Source: an uncultured Nitrososphaerota archaeon (lineage in GTDB: Archaea > Korarchaeota > Korarchaeia > Korarchaeales > Korarchaeaceae). From it: 32,000 nt of DNA. Under the pieces are notes generated by a model that saw only the letters and a list, made by a program, of their open reading frames with translations, was not told where the DNA came from and did no database searches. The stretch is taken from positions 28,119 through 60,118 of the forward strand of contig CAYZRF010000012.1 in NCBI GenBank assembly GCA_964480775.1. The letters are read 5' to 3'. Numbering within the stretch: position 1 is the first letter of the stretch; each line of letters starts with the position of its first letter. A program made the translations under genes and the position numbers. Of this stretch, positions 23,017-31,689 are shown piece after piece.

Positions 23017-23036
23017 ACTTCAAAATTTTTTGAAGT
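23017..23036. repeat. 20-bp palindrome ACTTCAAAA-TT-TTTTGAAGT between the MFS stop and the DUF2330-like gene promoter; function unknown
   Basis: Read directly: perfect 9-bp arms with a 2-nt spacer. The TATA-like element ATTTAAATATAGG (minus strand) lies between it and the ATG at 22961. Confidence 0.5.
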
Positions 23037-23112
23037 GCTTTACGAACAAATCATTCGTGAACATCTGCGAAATCACATTGATGAGAAGAAGAATGCATCT
23101 AACTACCTAAAT

Positions 23113-24309
23113 TTAATCCCTTCTAGGCCTTGTCTCACTAATGACCAAGAAGCTAAGCCCAGATATTAATCTAATTAATGCTGAAAAGATCAGACCTAGT
23201 GAGAGAGCCCTATTAAACCGAACTAAGCCTGAAAGTAGCTTCACAAAATATCCACCCATTAAGGACCCTATGAAGGATCCTAAACCAAATGTAAAGCTGT
23301 TTGCTCCAGAATAAGTTGCTTTCCTTCCCTCAGGAGCAGAATCTAGCACAAAAACTGGCAAAGTCACAAATACTGCAGAGATAAAAGGACCTAGTAGAAT
23401 GTTAACCACAAACAGGTCGATCCAGCTCTTTGCTATAGCATAACCTAAGGGAAAAAGACAGAGTCCCGAGCTTCCAATCACCATAAAGGGCTTCCTACCG
23501 AACTTGTCCAATAGCCTACCAAATAGACCTTGAGTTGCGCTTGTCATAGCCCTCATTCCTGCATTTATGAGGGCAATTTGCCACAATGTCGCACTTACGA
23601 CCTTAACTGTAATGTATGGGAAGAGAGGCCATGCAAAACCCATAGAAAACCAAAACATTAGGCTTAAAATCAAGAACTTTCGAAAACCTTTATCTTTCAG
23701 AGCCAGAAAAATATCTTCAAGGTTAAAACCCATTTGACCTCTCTTCTCCTTTATTAAGAGAACTAACATAGCACCTACAAGACTCAAAGTAGCAGATAAG
23801 AGGAAAGGAAGAGAGTAAGAGGACCAAGCCTTGTATGTCAATACAGCTATTATTAACATAGAGATCAGACCAGAAAGCTCTCCTACAGTCCCAATTTTCC
23901 CCAATATTTTTCCTCTATTTTCTTTTATTGTATAATCTCCCAAAAGACCATTCCAAGAAGGTCCTGTCATGGAAAATAGAAGAGACCAGAAAAATATTAG
24001 AAGGACTAATTGGTACGGACTGTTCACTTTTATCAAGAGAGCCGTGCAAAATCCGCTGCCTAGCAAACCAATGAAAAGAAAAGGCCTTTTTCCAACTTTA
24101 TCAGCCAAGTTTCCCCAGAGAAGTTGAAGTACGCTTGAACTCAGGTTTTCCATGGATCTAAGCAAGCCCATAAGTGAAATTGGAGTGTCTATGGATGCGG
24201 CGAAGAGAGGATAAAACCTTCTTGTGATCTGATTAGAGAAGGACAGGGATGCAGAAACACCATAGAGCGCCCTTGGTATGCCTGTACTTTTTTCTCTGTT
24301 CTCTTTCAT
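23113..24309 (-). CDS. MFS transporter
   Basis: 398 aa, about 12 TM segments. LADKVGKRPF and LLDKFGRKPF are MFS loop 2-3 and loop 8-9 type motifs. Confidence 0.85.
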   Translation of the reverse strand: MKENREKSTGIPRALYGVSASLSFSNQITRRFYPLFAASIDTPISLMGLLRSMENLSSSVLQLLWGNLADKVGKRPFLFIGLLGSGFCTALLIKVNSPYQLVLLIFFWSLLFSMTGPSWNGLLGDYTIKENRGKILGKIGTVGELSGLISMLIIAVLTYKAWSSYSLPFLLSATLSLVGAMLVLLIKEKRGQMGFNLEDIFLALKDKGFRKFLILSLMFWFSMGFAWPLFPYITVKVVSATLWQIALINAGMRAMTSATQGLFGRLLDKFGRKPFMVIGSSGLCLFPLGYAIAKSWIDLFVVNILLGPFISAVFVTLPVFVLDSAPEGRKATYSGANSFTFGLGSFIGSLMGGYFVKLLSGLVRFNRALSLGLIFSALIRLISGLSFLVISETRPRRD

Positions 24310-24422
24310 CCTTCAATCTCCTTGATCTTAGAGAGTTCTCCTTTAAATGTTAAGGGTCTAAACTAGGCGGAAACCTCTTAGTAGCCCTTCTCCGGATAGA
24401 GAGAAATCGTCCTTCCAATAAA

Positions 24423-25628
24423 CTATCGTTCAGTAATTTCTTCTCCTTTAAACAAAAAATAAAACGTTACCACATATAAAGAGTAAAATGCAGATGTAAT
24501 GAAGATAGGAAGATCTAAACTCACAGAATCCATTAAGAACCCTCCAATTCGGTTGGAAAAGGCATTTGGGAGGTTCCAAGCCATTTGAGAGAGCGATGAT
24601 ACGGAACCTCTCTCTTCTTCAGGAGTCAGTTTCATCATTAGCGCTTGAATCAAAGGATTCGCCATGTTCATTAACATGGTTCTAGGGATGTACAGAGCGG
24701 CTGCTATAGTAAAGCTCTGAGTAAAAGGAATCAAGATAAGCAAGGGTATTGAGATGATCTGAGGTATCATCACTCCCTTTATTATACCTACCGCAGAAGA
24801 CAATGGAGCACTTGCTAAGAAAGCTGGGGCTCCAAGAATAGATGAGAGAGCATAAAGGGTGCCTATAGGGCCTGATTCAACCTTGAATTTAACACTTAAG
24901 TAATATCCAAATATTTGGATAGAAAAGCCAGCTCCAAAGCCTACAAGAACGTTAGTGATGATGAACTTAAGCGCTATCCTCCCAGCTCTCATTTTTAACC
25001 CTCTAGAAACGGGTTTAAATCTTTCATGCACGAAAACTAAAGGAATATTTGAGATCAATTGGACAGCAACAGGTAAGTATAAGAAGACTCTGTATGCGCT
25101 GAAATAAGTAAAACCAGCTTTTGATACCAAAAATTCTGGAACCCATCCCAAGATATTCCCAACGGCAAAACAAATGTTGCCAAGAAAGGCACTTAAACCA
25201 TATCCAGCCTCCATTCCAGATTCTTCAACAGTTTCAGCAAAGAGAGCATTCCATGCAGGCCCAGAAATAGCCCAGGAAACTCCTGCAATCAAGGCTGAAA
25301 CGAAAAGAGAGGTTATTGAAACTGATATTAAAATTATAAACGTTGAAATTACGCCTAAGAGCCCACCTAATATTAGCAAACCCCTCCTTCTCACTCTGTC
25401 AGCGATAAAACCGCAGGGAATGGTTAACAGGGTCATAGAAATGCTTTGCACTAAGGAATATGTTCCAATTTCTAATCCGCCATACCAAGCCGCCTTTAAA
25501 TAAAGCTGCCAAATAACTGCGTAAATTCCCCACGATATGCTCCACATTCCTGAGCTAGCTAAGAGAAGTCTGGTATCTCTGTTTATCGAGTAGTATTCTA
25601 ATAGAAAATTTTTTAGCCCCCTTACCAT
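24423..25628 (-). CDS. MFS transporter (divergent from its neighbour)
   Basis: 401 aa, polytopic. GFIADRVRRRGLL is a loop 2-3 motif. Confidence 0.8.
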   Translation of the reverse strand: MVRGLKNFLLEYYSINRDTRLLLASSGMWSISWGIYAVIWQLYLKAAWYGGLEIGTYSLVQSISMTLLTIPCGFIADRVRRRGLLILGGLLGVISTFIILISVSITSLFVSALIAGVSWAISGPAWNALFAETVEESGMEAGYGLSAFLGNICFAVGNILGWVPEFLVSKAGFTYFSAYRVFLYLPVAVQLISNIPLVFVHERFKPVSRGLKMRAGRIALKFIITNVLVGFGAGFSIQIFGYYLSVKFKVESGPIGTLYALSSILGAPAFLASAPLSSAVGIIKGVMIPQIISIPLLILIPFTQSFTIAAALYIPRTMLMNMANPLIQALMMKLTPEEERGSVSSLSQMAWNLPNAFSNRIGGFLMDSVSLDLPIFITSAFYSLYVVTFYFLFKGEEITER

Positions 25629-25881
25629 CGATGGCGACCACCTTTAAACTAAGACCCTAGAATTTAACTCCAGCACACAAGGATTGATCACAAGACGTGA
25701 GTGGTCTAAAAGAACTTACTTCAATATATAAGACAGGATAAGTTTTCCAAAACTAAGACTCTACTTTAATAATCGGTGAAAACAACTAACACTTCTTGAA
25801 TTATAAGAAGACATCACAGAAAATTATTCTTTCGTAATCCACTTTCTTTTTTGCATGATGATGTTTGGGGAGCCATAACCT

Positions 25882-27393
25882 TCAGGCAGTAGATGTGTGG
25901 TTGAATTCACTATACATTTCCCTCAAAAGCTGTGAGGCTGTCTTCGTAGCCTTTCTTGGATATTCCCACAACTCGGTTTCACAGAATACAGGGAACCAGA
26001 AAGGCGAGGCAGCACCCATCAAAAAGCCTACATGAGTCTCGAGGTTTGGTAAGATCTCCCTCAACCTCCATATCGAGTACCCTGTAACCCCGCTAACTTG
26101 ATCATGATCAGCGCTGCTCATTAATCTAAAACATATATGGGTGTTACATTGTGCTAGAACGGCTTTAGCCACATAAGCAGGTCTCTGAGTCATTACTATG
26201 AACCCAACATTGTATCCACCCAGCTGAGATACTCCCATTGAGAGAGCGGTAAGGGAACCGTTGCCCCAGGGATCTCCATATGTGGGCATCCCTCTCTCCG
26301 GGGCAAAGAACTGGGCTTCTTCGATGACATTTATGCAGGTGAACTCCTCCCCTCTTGTAGCAACAGCTCTTGAGAAAAGCTTGCCTAATATGTGCGAAAA
26401 AGCTATCTGCTGCCTTCCTATATCTGCATCTATACTGAAATCAATTACAACGACCGGATTCTCTTTTAGCAGCTTTATCAGGTTAGCTTCTTCCTTCTCC
26501 CCCCGAGACAAGACCTTCAGCTCTTTCCTGGCTCTTGGGGATTTCAAAATGTATTCCACTCTGCCTTTGACGTCTGACCTCATTTTTATCTCTTCAAGCT
26601 CTTCAAGAATGGTTTCTGGAGTGACTTCAGCGCCTTTATCCATTAAGGTCTCGATAGCGGTCTTAACATCTCTAAAAGCAGAAGATTTGGGGTCTAACCC
26701 CAACCTTAAAGCAATTTCATCCGGACTTATGGCACCAGACAGGAAGGAGTCATATCCAAGCCTAACCCCATATTCGGCGTCTATAAGCGGGGAATATTCC
26801 CCGTACCTATCGTATATTACGAACCTTGCCGGAGGATCGTTATCAACAGCAGATTTTATGAGCCTGAGGACAAAACTTGTTTTTCCACTTCTTGTCTGTC
26901 CATAAACCCCTAGATGGCCTTTTGTAATCCAATCAAGGCTTAAAGAAATTGGAAGATTGGAAAATGGATCCTTCCCAACGTGTATTTGAATTCCCTCCTG
27001 GGCCTGAAGAAAGGGCTTGATCCACTCCTCAGTACACCTGTAAACACGGGAATTTGGGGCTATTGGGAAATCAGGAGGTCTAAATTTTCCTTCCTTTATG
27101 TATCCCAGAACCTCAGCTTTCATGAGGGCGACTTCTTGCTCTTTTCCTATCTCAAAACCGCTTTTGGCAATTACTGCTCCGATTCCCTTTGGACTTACGG
27201 TTGGATTTTGAACAGAACCAGTTATCACTCTGCAAAGACAGAGGGTGTCTTCAAGAGGATGTTTTACAAGACAGTACTCCTTTGCTCTTATCTCTTTGTT
27301 TTCGTTTAACGCAAACGTAAATTCATCAACCTGAGAGGGACTTACAACCCTCCCCACAACCTCTAATTCACCACTATAGCTCAAATTCCTCAC
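25882..27393 (-). CDS. herA: HerA-type hexameric ATPase/helicase (DUF87, HAS-barrel N-domain)
   Basis: 503 aa. Walker A GVYGQTRSGKTSF, VVVIDFS, Walker B-like INVIEEAQFFAPE, and beta-rich N-terminus VVGRVVSPSQVDEFTF. Overlaps nurA by 20 nt. Confidence 0.85.
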   Translation of the reverse strand: MRNLSYSGELEVVGRVVSPSQVDEFTFALNENKEIRAKEYCLVKHPLEDTLCLCRVITGSVQNPTVSPKGIGAVIAKSGFEIGKEQEVALMKAEVLGYIKEGKFRPPDFPIAPNSRVYRCTEEWIKPFLQAQEGIQIHVGKDPFSNLPISLSLDWITKGHLGVYGQTRSGKTSFVLRLIKSAVDNDPPARFVIYDRYGEYSPLIDAEYGVRLGYDSFLSGAISPDEIALRLGLDPKSSAFRDVKTAIETLMDKGAEVTPETILEELEEIKMRSDVKGRVEYILKSPRARKELKVLSRGEKEEANLIKLLKENPVVVIDFSIDADIGRQQIAFSHILGKLFSRAVATRGEEFTCINVIEEAQFFAPERGMPTYGDPWGNGSLTALSMGVSQLGGYNVGFIVMTQRPAYVAKAVLAQCNTHICFRLMSSADHDQVSGVTGYSIWRLREILPNLETHVGFLMGAASPFWFPVFCETELWEYPRKATKTASQLLREMYSEFNHTSTA

Positions 27394-28504
27394 CTCTTAC
27401 GGGTCTTACAGCTCCAACAAGCTCAGGATTCTCCTTAATGAGCTTCGCGAGCATCTCTCCGTAAATTATTCTTAAGAGATCAGATCCGACCCCTGCCAAC
27501 TCATCGGCTTTGAGTATATGTATTGGTATCCCGTCAACCGGGTTCGCTTTAGAGGTCTCTAATACTACGCTGGAAACCTCTAGAGGATCAACCCAATAGG
27601 GAATTTCAAGCCTTATCGGTCCTCTAGCAGGAGTTGTTTTCAAATAAGCCACTTTTATGAATCCTTCTGTTGTTGGATCCTCTATTGAGAGGTTCTGCAA
27701 TTTTCTATATCTGGAGGCATAATGGAGGAGAGCTGGATGACCAACTCCTCCCCTTGGAGCGCCCCATAACCTTTTAGGGAGCATGGGGCCAGCTATTTCT
27801 CCAACCTTCATTAGCCTGTCTAAGATGGCGGCATCTCTCTTTGAAGGCATAATAAGTTGGGCTGCAGGTCTCTTAACTACGCCTGCCACCGCTATTCCTC
27901 TCTTATAACATTCATCTAGAAGGTATAGCAACGCATCTATACACGCATTTCTATCCTCGATGTAGTTTGCTCCCCTATCCAGGTCAATTTCTCCCTCTTC
28001 ACTCCCTTCACTCAAATAAGGGGGTCTAATTAGCAAGTTGCCATCTAGTAAAAGGACATCTGGCCCTCTTTTCTCTACAACAGAGAGCGCTATCTGATAG
28101 ACCAGACGTTGTTCCAGCAACGAGATCCAAGTAGGTCCTCTATATGACAAAAGCCTGAAAACATGCCCATCACATAAAGGGGAAGGATCCACAATGCTAT
28201 AGACCCTACCAGTGTAAGCAACTGCGGTAGCTATTCCAAAATAAAAACCTTCAAGTTCCTTCCCGTTGTGACCTCCGTCTACAGCACTAACTATGAGGTC
28301 TGGGCTAACTTCTTTCTCAACTTTTTTGAATGAGATGTCATTTAGGATCGAAATATCACCTTTTTCCTTTTCTTCTACAGCTAAAGGTAAAGAAGACAGC
28401 TGTTTAAGGAGTTTTTCAAAGAGCCTAGGGAATGGTTGACTAGAAATCTTCTCTCTCTCAAAGACTCCTGGCAGCCCAGAATTTAGTTCTTCTTCCTCTT
28501 CCAT
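27374..28504 (-). CDS. nurA: NurA-domain 5'-3' nuclease
   Basis: 376 aa. IVSAVDGGHNG and VLLLDGNLL acidic motifs are typical of NurA. It is paired with herA. Confidence 0.8.
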   Translation of the reverse strand: MEEEEELNSGLPGVFEREKISSQPFPRLFEKLLKQLSSLPLAVEEKEKGDISILNDISFKKVEKEVSPDLIVSAVDGGHNGKELEGFYFGIATAVAYTGRVYSIVDPSPLCDGHVFRLLSYRGPTWISLLEQRLVYQIALSVVEKRGPDVLLLDGNLLIRPPYLSEGSEEGEIDLDRGANYIEDRNACIDALLYLLDECYKRGIAVAGVVKRPAAQLIMPSKRDAAILDRLMKVGEIAGPMLPKRLWGAPRGGVGHPALLHYASRYRKLQNLSIEDPTTEGFIKVAYLKTTPARGPIRLEIPYWVDPLEVSSVVLETSKANPVDGIPIHILKADELAGVGSDLLRIIYGEMLAKLIKENPELVGAVRPVRGEEFEL

Positions 28505-28530
28505 TCTAGAAGATTGGATGCATAGAGCCC

Positions 28531-28539
28531 TTATAAAAA
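28531..28539 (-). promoter_or_regulatory. TATA-like box for nurA-herA (near-leaderless transcript predicted)
   Basis: The minus strand reads GTTTTTATAAGG. The box centre is about 31 nt upstream of the nurA ATG at 28504, so a start site about 26 nt downstream of the box would fall a few nt before the ATG. Confidence 0.4.
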
Positions 28540-28842
28540 CATCTTAGATCTTTGAAAGTATAGACGCAATTGAAGGATCTGCCTCCAAACCTCTCTAGAA
28601 CTAGTCTTCCTCTGTTATGCAATTGCTCATAATTTGGCTAATTTTTCCTCGAAATCTTTTACTACAAGCTTTCTTTTTGGCATCTTGCGTATCAAAGCGT
28701 CGACAAGGAGAAGTGTAGGAACTAAAATCCTTCCTCTTCCTTTTGGATCGTCGACTGTCTTAGGCTCCTTTTTTACCTCCAAGATTTCTTTATGGTCAAT
28801 ATTTCCAGTCCTCCGCCTTTAAAGGAGGAGAATCTTATTGTA

Positions 28843-29661
28843 TTAAGTCTTCTTGGATTCGAGTGCAATAGACTTTGGCCTTAGCTTGATTCCCTCGAAA
28901 ATGTCTTTGTATCCCAATTCTATCAGGCTAAGCTGTTTTGCAGAGGCTTTATCGTCAGGTTCAAAGCTATATCCCCTAACTATAGCTACAGGGATCTTCT
29001 CCTTTGTCTGACCTATTACGAGTTCAGCCGCTCCTGCAATCTCGTCTGCAACAGCTTGCATCTTGAACCTTAGCCTGTACCCATAAGCATCCATCCTTCT
29101 CTTGTAATCTTTGACTGGCTTCATACCTGAAACGCCTATGGCCATGTCTATCTGGGCATACCTGTGAGGTCTGCTGTAGGTATCACTGATTACAACAGCT
29201 AACTTTTTTCCTGTTAGTTTTTCTAGTTCTTCTCTCAGCCTTTTTGCTTCCTTATCCGGGTCTCTTGGAAGGGTCGCACATATCCGAGGGTTCCCGCATA
29301 CGTTGGATCTATCGATGCCAGCATTCAAGCAAATGTGGCCAAAACGCGTTTCAGTGATTATGTAGGGAGGTCTAACCTTAACAATCCTTCTTGCCTCTCT
29401 CAATATCAATTCGACGAATTCTGGATCTTTTCTCGTTTTTTGAGCGATTTCTCTTGCCTTTTCAGAGGGTTTAATCTTGTTAAGGTCGAACACCAAGCCC
29501 AGGGATTTGCTTACTATCTTGTGTGTTATTACAATGATATCACCGTTTTCTATGCCTACACCTTCCCTTATGGCAGCGTCTACTATGATCTTTGCCAAAT
29601 CATCTCCAGCTCTGATGTCTGGAATTGTTTCAAGCCCTATCACTTGCACCTTCTTTGCCAT
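28843..29661 (-). CDS. cofE: Coenzyme F420-0:L-glutamate ligase (CofE)
   Basis: Start taken at the ATG at 29661 (MAKKVQVIGL...), with GGAGGG 9 nt upstream. PDIRAGDDLAKII, ITHKIVSK, NAGIDRSN, LPRDPD and ISDTYSRPHR match conserved CofE blocks. The track ORF adds 18 upstream codons. Confidence 0.85.
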   Translation of the reverse strand: MAKKVQVIGLETIPDIRAGDDLAKIIVDAAIREGVGIENGDIIVITHKIVSKSLGLVFDLNKIKPSEKAREIAQKTRKDPEFVELILREARRIVKVRPPYIITETRFGHICLNAGIDRSNVCGNPRICATLPRDPDKEAKRLREELEKLTGKKLAVVISDTYSRPHRYAQIDMAIGVSGMKPVKDYKRRMDAYGYRLRFKMQAVADEIAGAAELVIGQTKEKIPVAIVRGYSFEPDDKASAKQLSLIELGYKDIFEGIKLRPKSIALESKKT

Positions 29662-29764
29662 CTTGCGGTGCCCTCCAATGGAATCTAAAAATATGAGCCA
29701 TCTAATTCCAAACAAAAATCAATCTTAAGAGCGTGTATCCTTATTAACATATTTTGCTAAGCAC

Positions 29765-31660
29765 TTAGGTGGATTTTGAGATCCAATCGGCCTTCTCCAA
29801 ATCATCTGCTATGGACATGAAGTCCTCCCACTTGCAACCTTTCACTTCCGATGCTACTAGCCTCCAAGCATCAGAAAGATCTCTCCTTCCATCTAAGACA
29901 AAGTAAAGTGTATCTGCTATTTCTGCAAGATCTCCTCTCAGAAGGTATTGCCTACCTCTGTCCTTAGGAAGTGCAGCTATGAACCTACGCCGATGCAAGG
30001 GACAAGCCTTATTCCTGGAGTAGATCAATCCAACCTTCTTCTTTGCTTCTGGTCTTGGTATCCCTGATTCTCTGACTCCATCCATCAGTTTGCTAAAAAC
30101 GGACTCAGCGGCCTTATCTATAGAATCACCAAACTCACTTCCAAGGATCTTGTTCAAACTGAATACCGCTCTTCTATAAGCATCTGGTAGAATCCAAGCT
30201 CTGTTTGAGCTATACTGCTTATCTTCTCCTAAAAGATCGGAAATCTCCCTGAAACCCTGTCTAACAGCTATAATGCTGACATATCTGATTAGAAACTCAG
30301 AATCAATCTTGTTAGAAACAAAGCTGGAGAGAAGAGCAACTGTAGCGACGGAAGCTGAGCTCACAACCGAAAGCGCAATGAGATCTAAGTTGTCAGCGAA
30401 GTCCATGTCTGTGTGGTAGAACTTGTCAACCCACTCTCCAATGGCTGTTTGTGGTACTGCTACCTCAGGATCGGCAAAAACATGATGATCACTTCCATCA
30501 GCATACTTCTCCATGAAGAGTTTCAAGCCCTTTGGAGCAAGCGATGCCATAACCCGCTCCATCATTCCAAAAGTTAACAAGGGCATGAAGGATGGAGAGA
30601 AAAATGGGAAGCCTATGACAGCAAGATGTCCACCTGTCTTCTCCTGGCTTGCTCCTACCATGTCAAGATTGAGGAGAGCAACAAGCTGATTTACCAATTC
30701 ATTATGAGATGAGAGGTGAGCTATTGTCCCGTAGAACTCTGGAACCCACCACAATCTAAAGCCAAATTTCGGAGTTATTCTGCCATCTTCTACCAATTTC
30801 TTCAGCGCAATGGCTATTTCCATGAGACATGCGCTTCCAGATGCGTTGTCATGGCCTCCTGGCTTGGGATGACAGAGATGGCCAACAAGAAGGATGTCTC
30901 TATCAGATTCTCCTGGAATTCTAGCTTCAAGGACCTCTAGATCTCCATCGAAGAACTCAGAATTAACTTTGTACCTCAAAACTACTTTAGAAGACCTCAT
31001 TTCTGACTTCAGCTTGTTTGCCCATTTCCTTGATATGGAAAAAGCTACTCCTAGACTCGTGATTTCCTTCTTCAGTGGCCATAGACCAGTATAAGGGTAA
31101 GCATCTGCTGGCGAAGTTTCATTGTAGTAAATCAAGCCCTTTGCTCCTCTTTCAACTACAGCCATTCTGTGAACCCATCCAACCCTTCCAGTTGCGAGTA
31201 CGAGCTTTCCTTCGACATCAACAGGGTACTCTTCATCAAGAATCCCTGAACCTACATTTACAACCTCTGCTTCTTCCCAACCATTCGTTGGTCTACAGTG
31301 AGCAACCACCATCGTTGGGTGATCAACGAACTTCGAAATCAGCTCCTCTTTTGGTTCTTTCACCCAAAGCTCTGCATCTTTAACGCTCCATCCTATGGGA
31401 GCTGGCCATCCACCTCCGTATAGTGTCTCTCCGTCTCCTGGATATGCATAGACTTTAGTTTCTATCCCAAACTCGTCTAAAACTCCCTTAACATACTCCA
31501 ATGCTTCATGATATCCTGGAGAGGCTTGTATTCTATGAAATTTCGATATACCTTGGGCAAACTCCTTTACACGCCGTCCTGAGACGGCTTCAATCGAATT
31601 TCTAATTAATTCCACAAAAGCTGATGAGAGAACCATGGTCGTGAATTGTTGATTCGGCAT
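29765..31660 (-). CDS. M28-family aminopeptidase-like protein (DUF2172/DUF4910-type architecture)
   Basis: 631 aa. Metal-ligand-type blocks GHLCHPKPGGHDNASGSA, NLDMVG and GSDHHVF, and a C-terminal region that may be wHTH-like. The start could instead be Met9 at 31636. Confidence 0.65.
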   Translation of the reverse strand: MPNQQFTTMVLSSAFVELIRNSIEAVSGRRVKEFAQGISKFHRIQASPGYHEALEYVKGVLDEFGIETKVYAYPGDGETLYGGGWPAPIGWSVKDAELWVKEPKEELISKFVDHPTMVVAHCRPTNGWEEAEVVNVGSGILDEEYPVDVEGKLVLATGRVGWVHRMAVVERGAKGLIYYNETSPADAYPYTGLWPLKKEITSLGVAFSISRKWANKLKSEMRSSKVVLRYKVNSEFFDGDLEVLEARIPGESDRDILLVGHLCHPKPGGHDNASGSACLMEIAIALKKLVEDGRITPKFGFRLWWVPEFYGTIAHLSSHNELVNQLVALLNLDMVGASQEKTGGHLAVIGFPFFSPSFMPLLTFGMMERVMASLAPKGLKLFMEKYADGSDHHVFADPEVAVPQTAIGEWVDKFYHTDMDFADNLDLIALSVVSSASVATVALLSSFVSNKIDSEFLIRYVSIIAVRQGFREISDLLGEDKQYSSNRAWILPDAYRRAVFSLNKILGSEFGDSIDKAAESVFSKLMDGVRESGIPRPEAKKKVGLIYSRNKACPLHRRRFIAALPKDRGRQYLLRGDLAEIADTLYFVLDGRRDLSDAWRLVASEVKGCKWEDFMSIADDLEKADWISKST

Positions 31661-31689
31661 CCTTTAATCCTAACACCTCTTTATAGCTT

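Noticed and set aside
25855-25861. C-box-like ATGATGA in the spacer after herA, a possible C/D box sRNA
   Set aside because: There is no CTGA D box 40-70 nt downstream and no C'/D' pair, and the downstream sequence runs into the herA 3' end.
26261-26905. 214-aa plus-strand ORF antisense to herA, the longest unexplained ORF in the track
   Set aside because: Its Ser/Leu/Pro-rich low-complexity composition is what the antisense of Glu/Lys-rich coding DNA produces. The herA frame carries Walker A/B motifs across the same region, and there is no start context.
28634-28822. 62-aa plus-strand ORF from the track (TTG start)
   Set aside because: Ser/Phe/Leu-rich composition, opposite in orientation to every neighbouring gene, and it shadows a more protein-like minus-strand frame (reported as a low-confidence finding instead).
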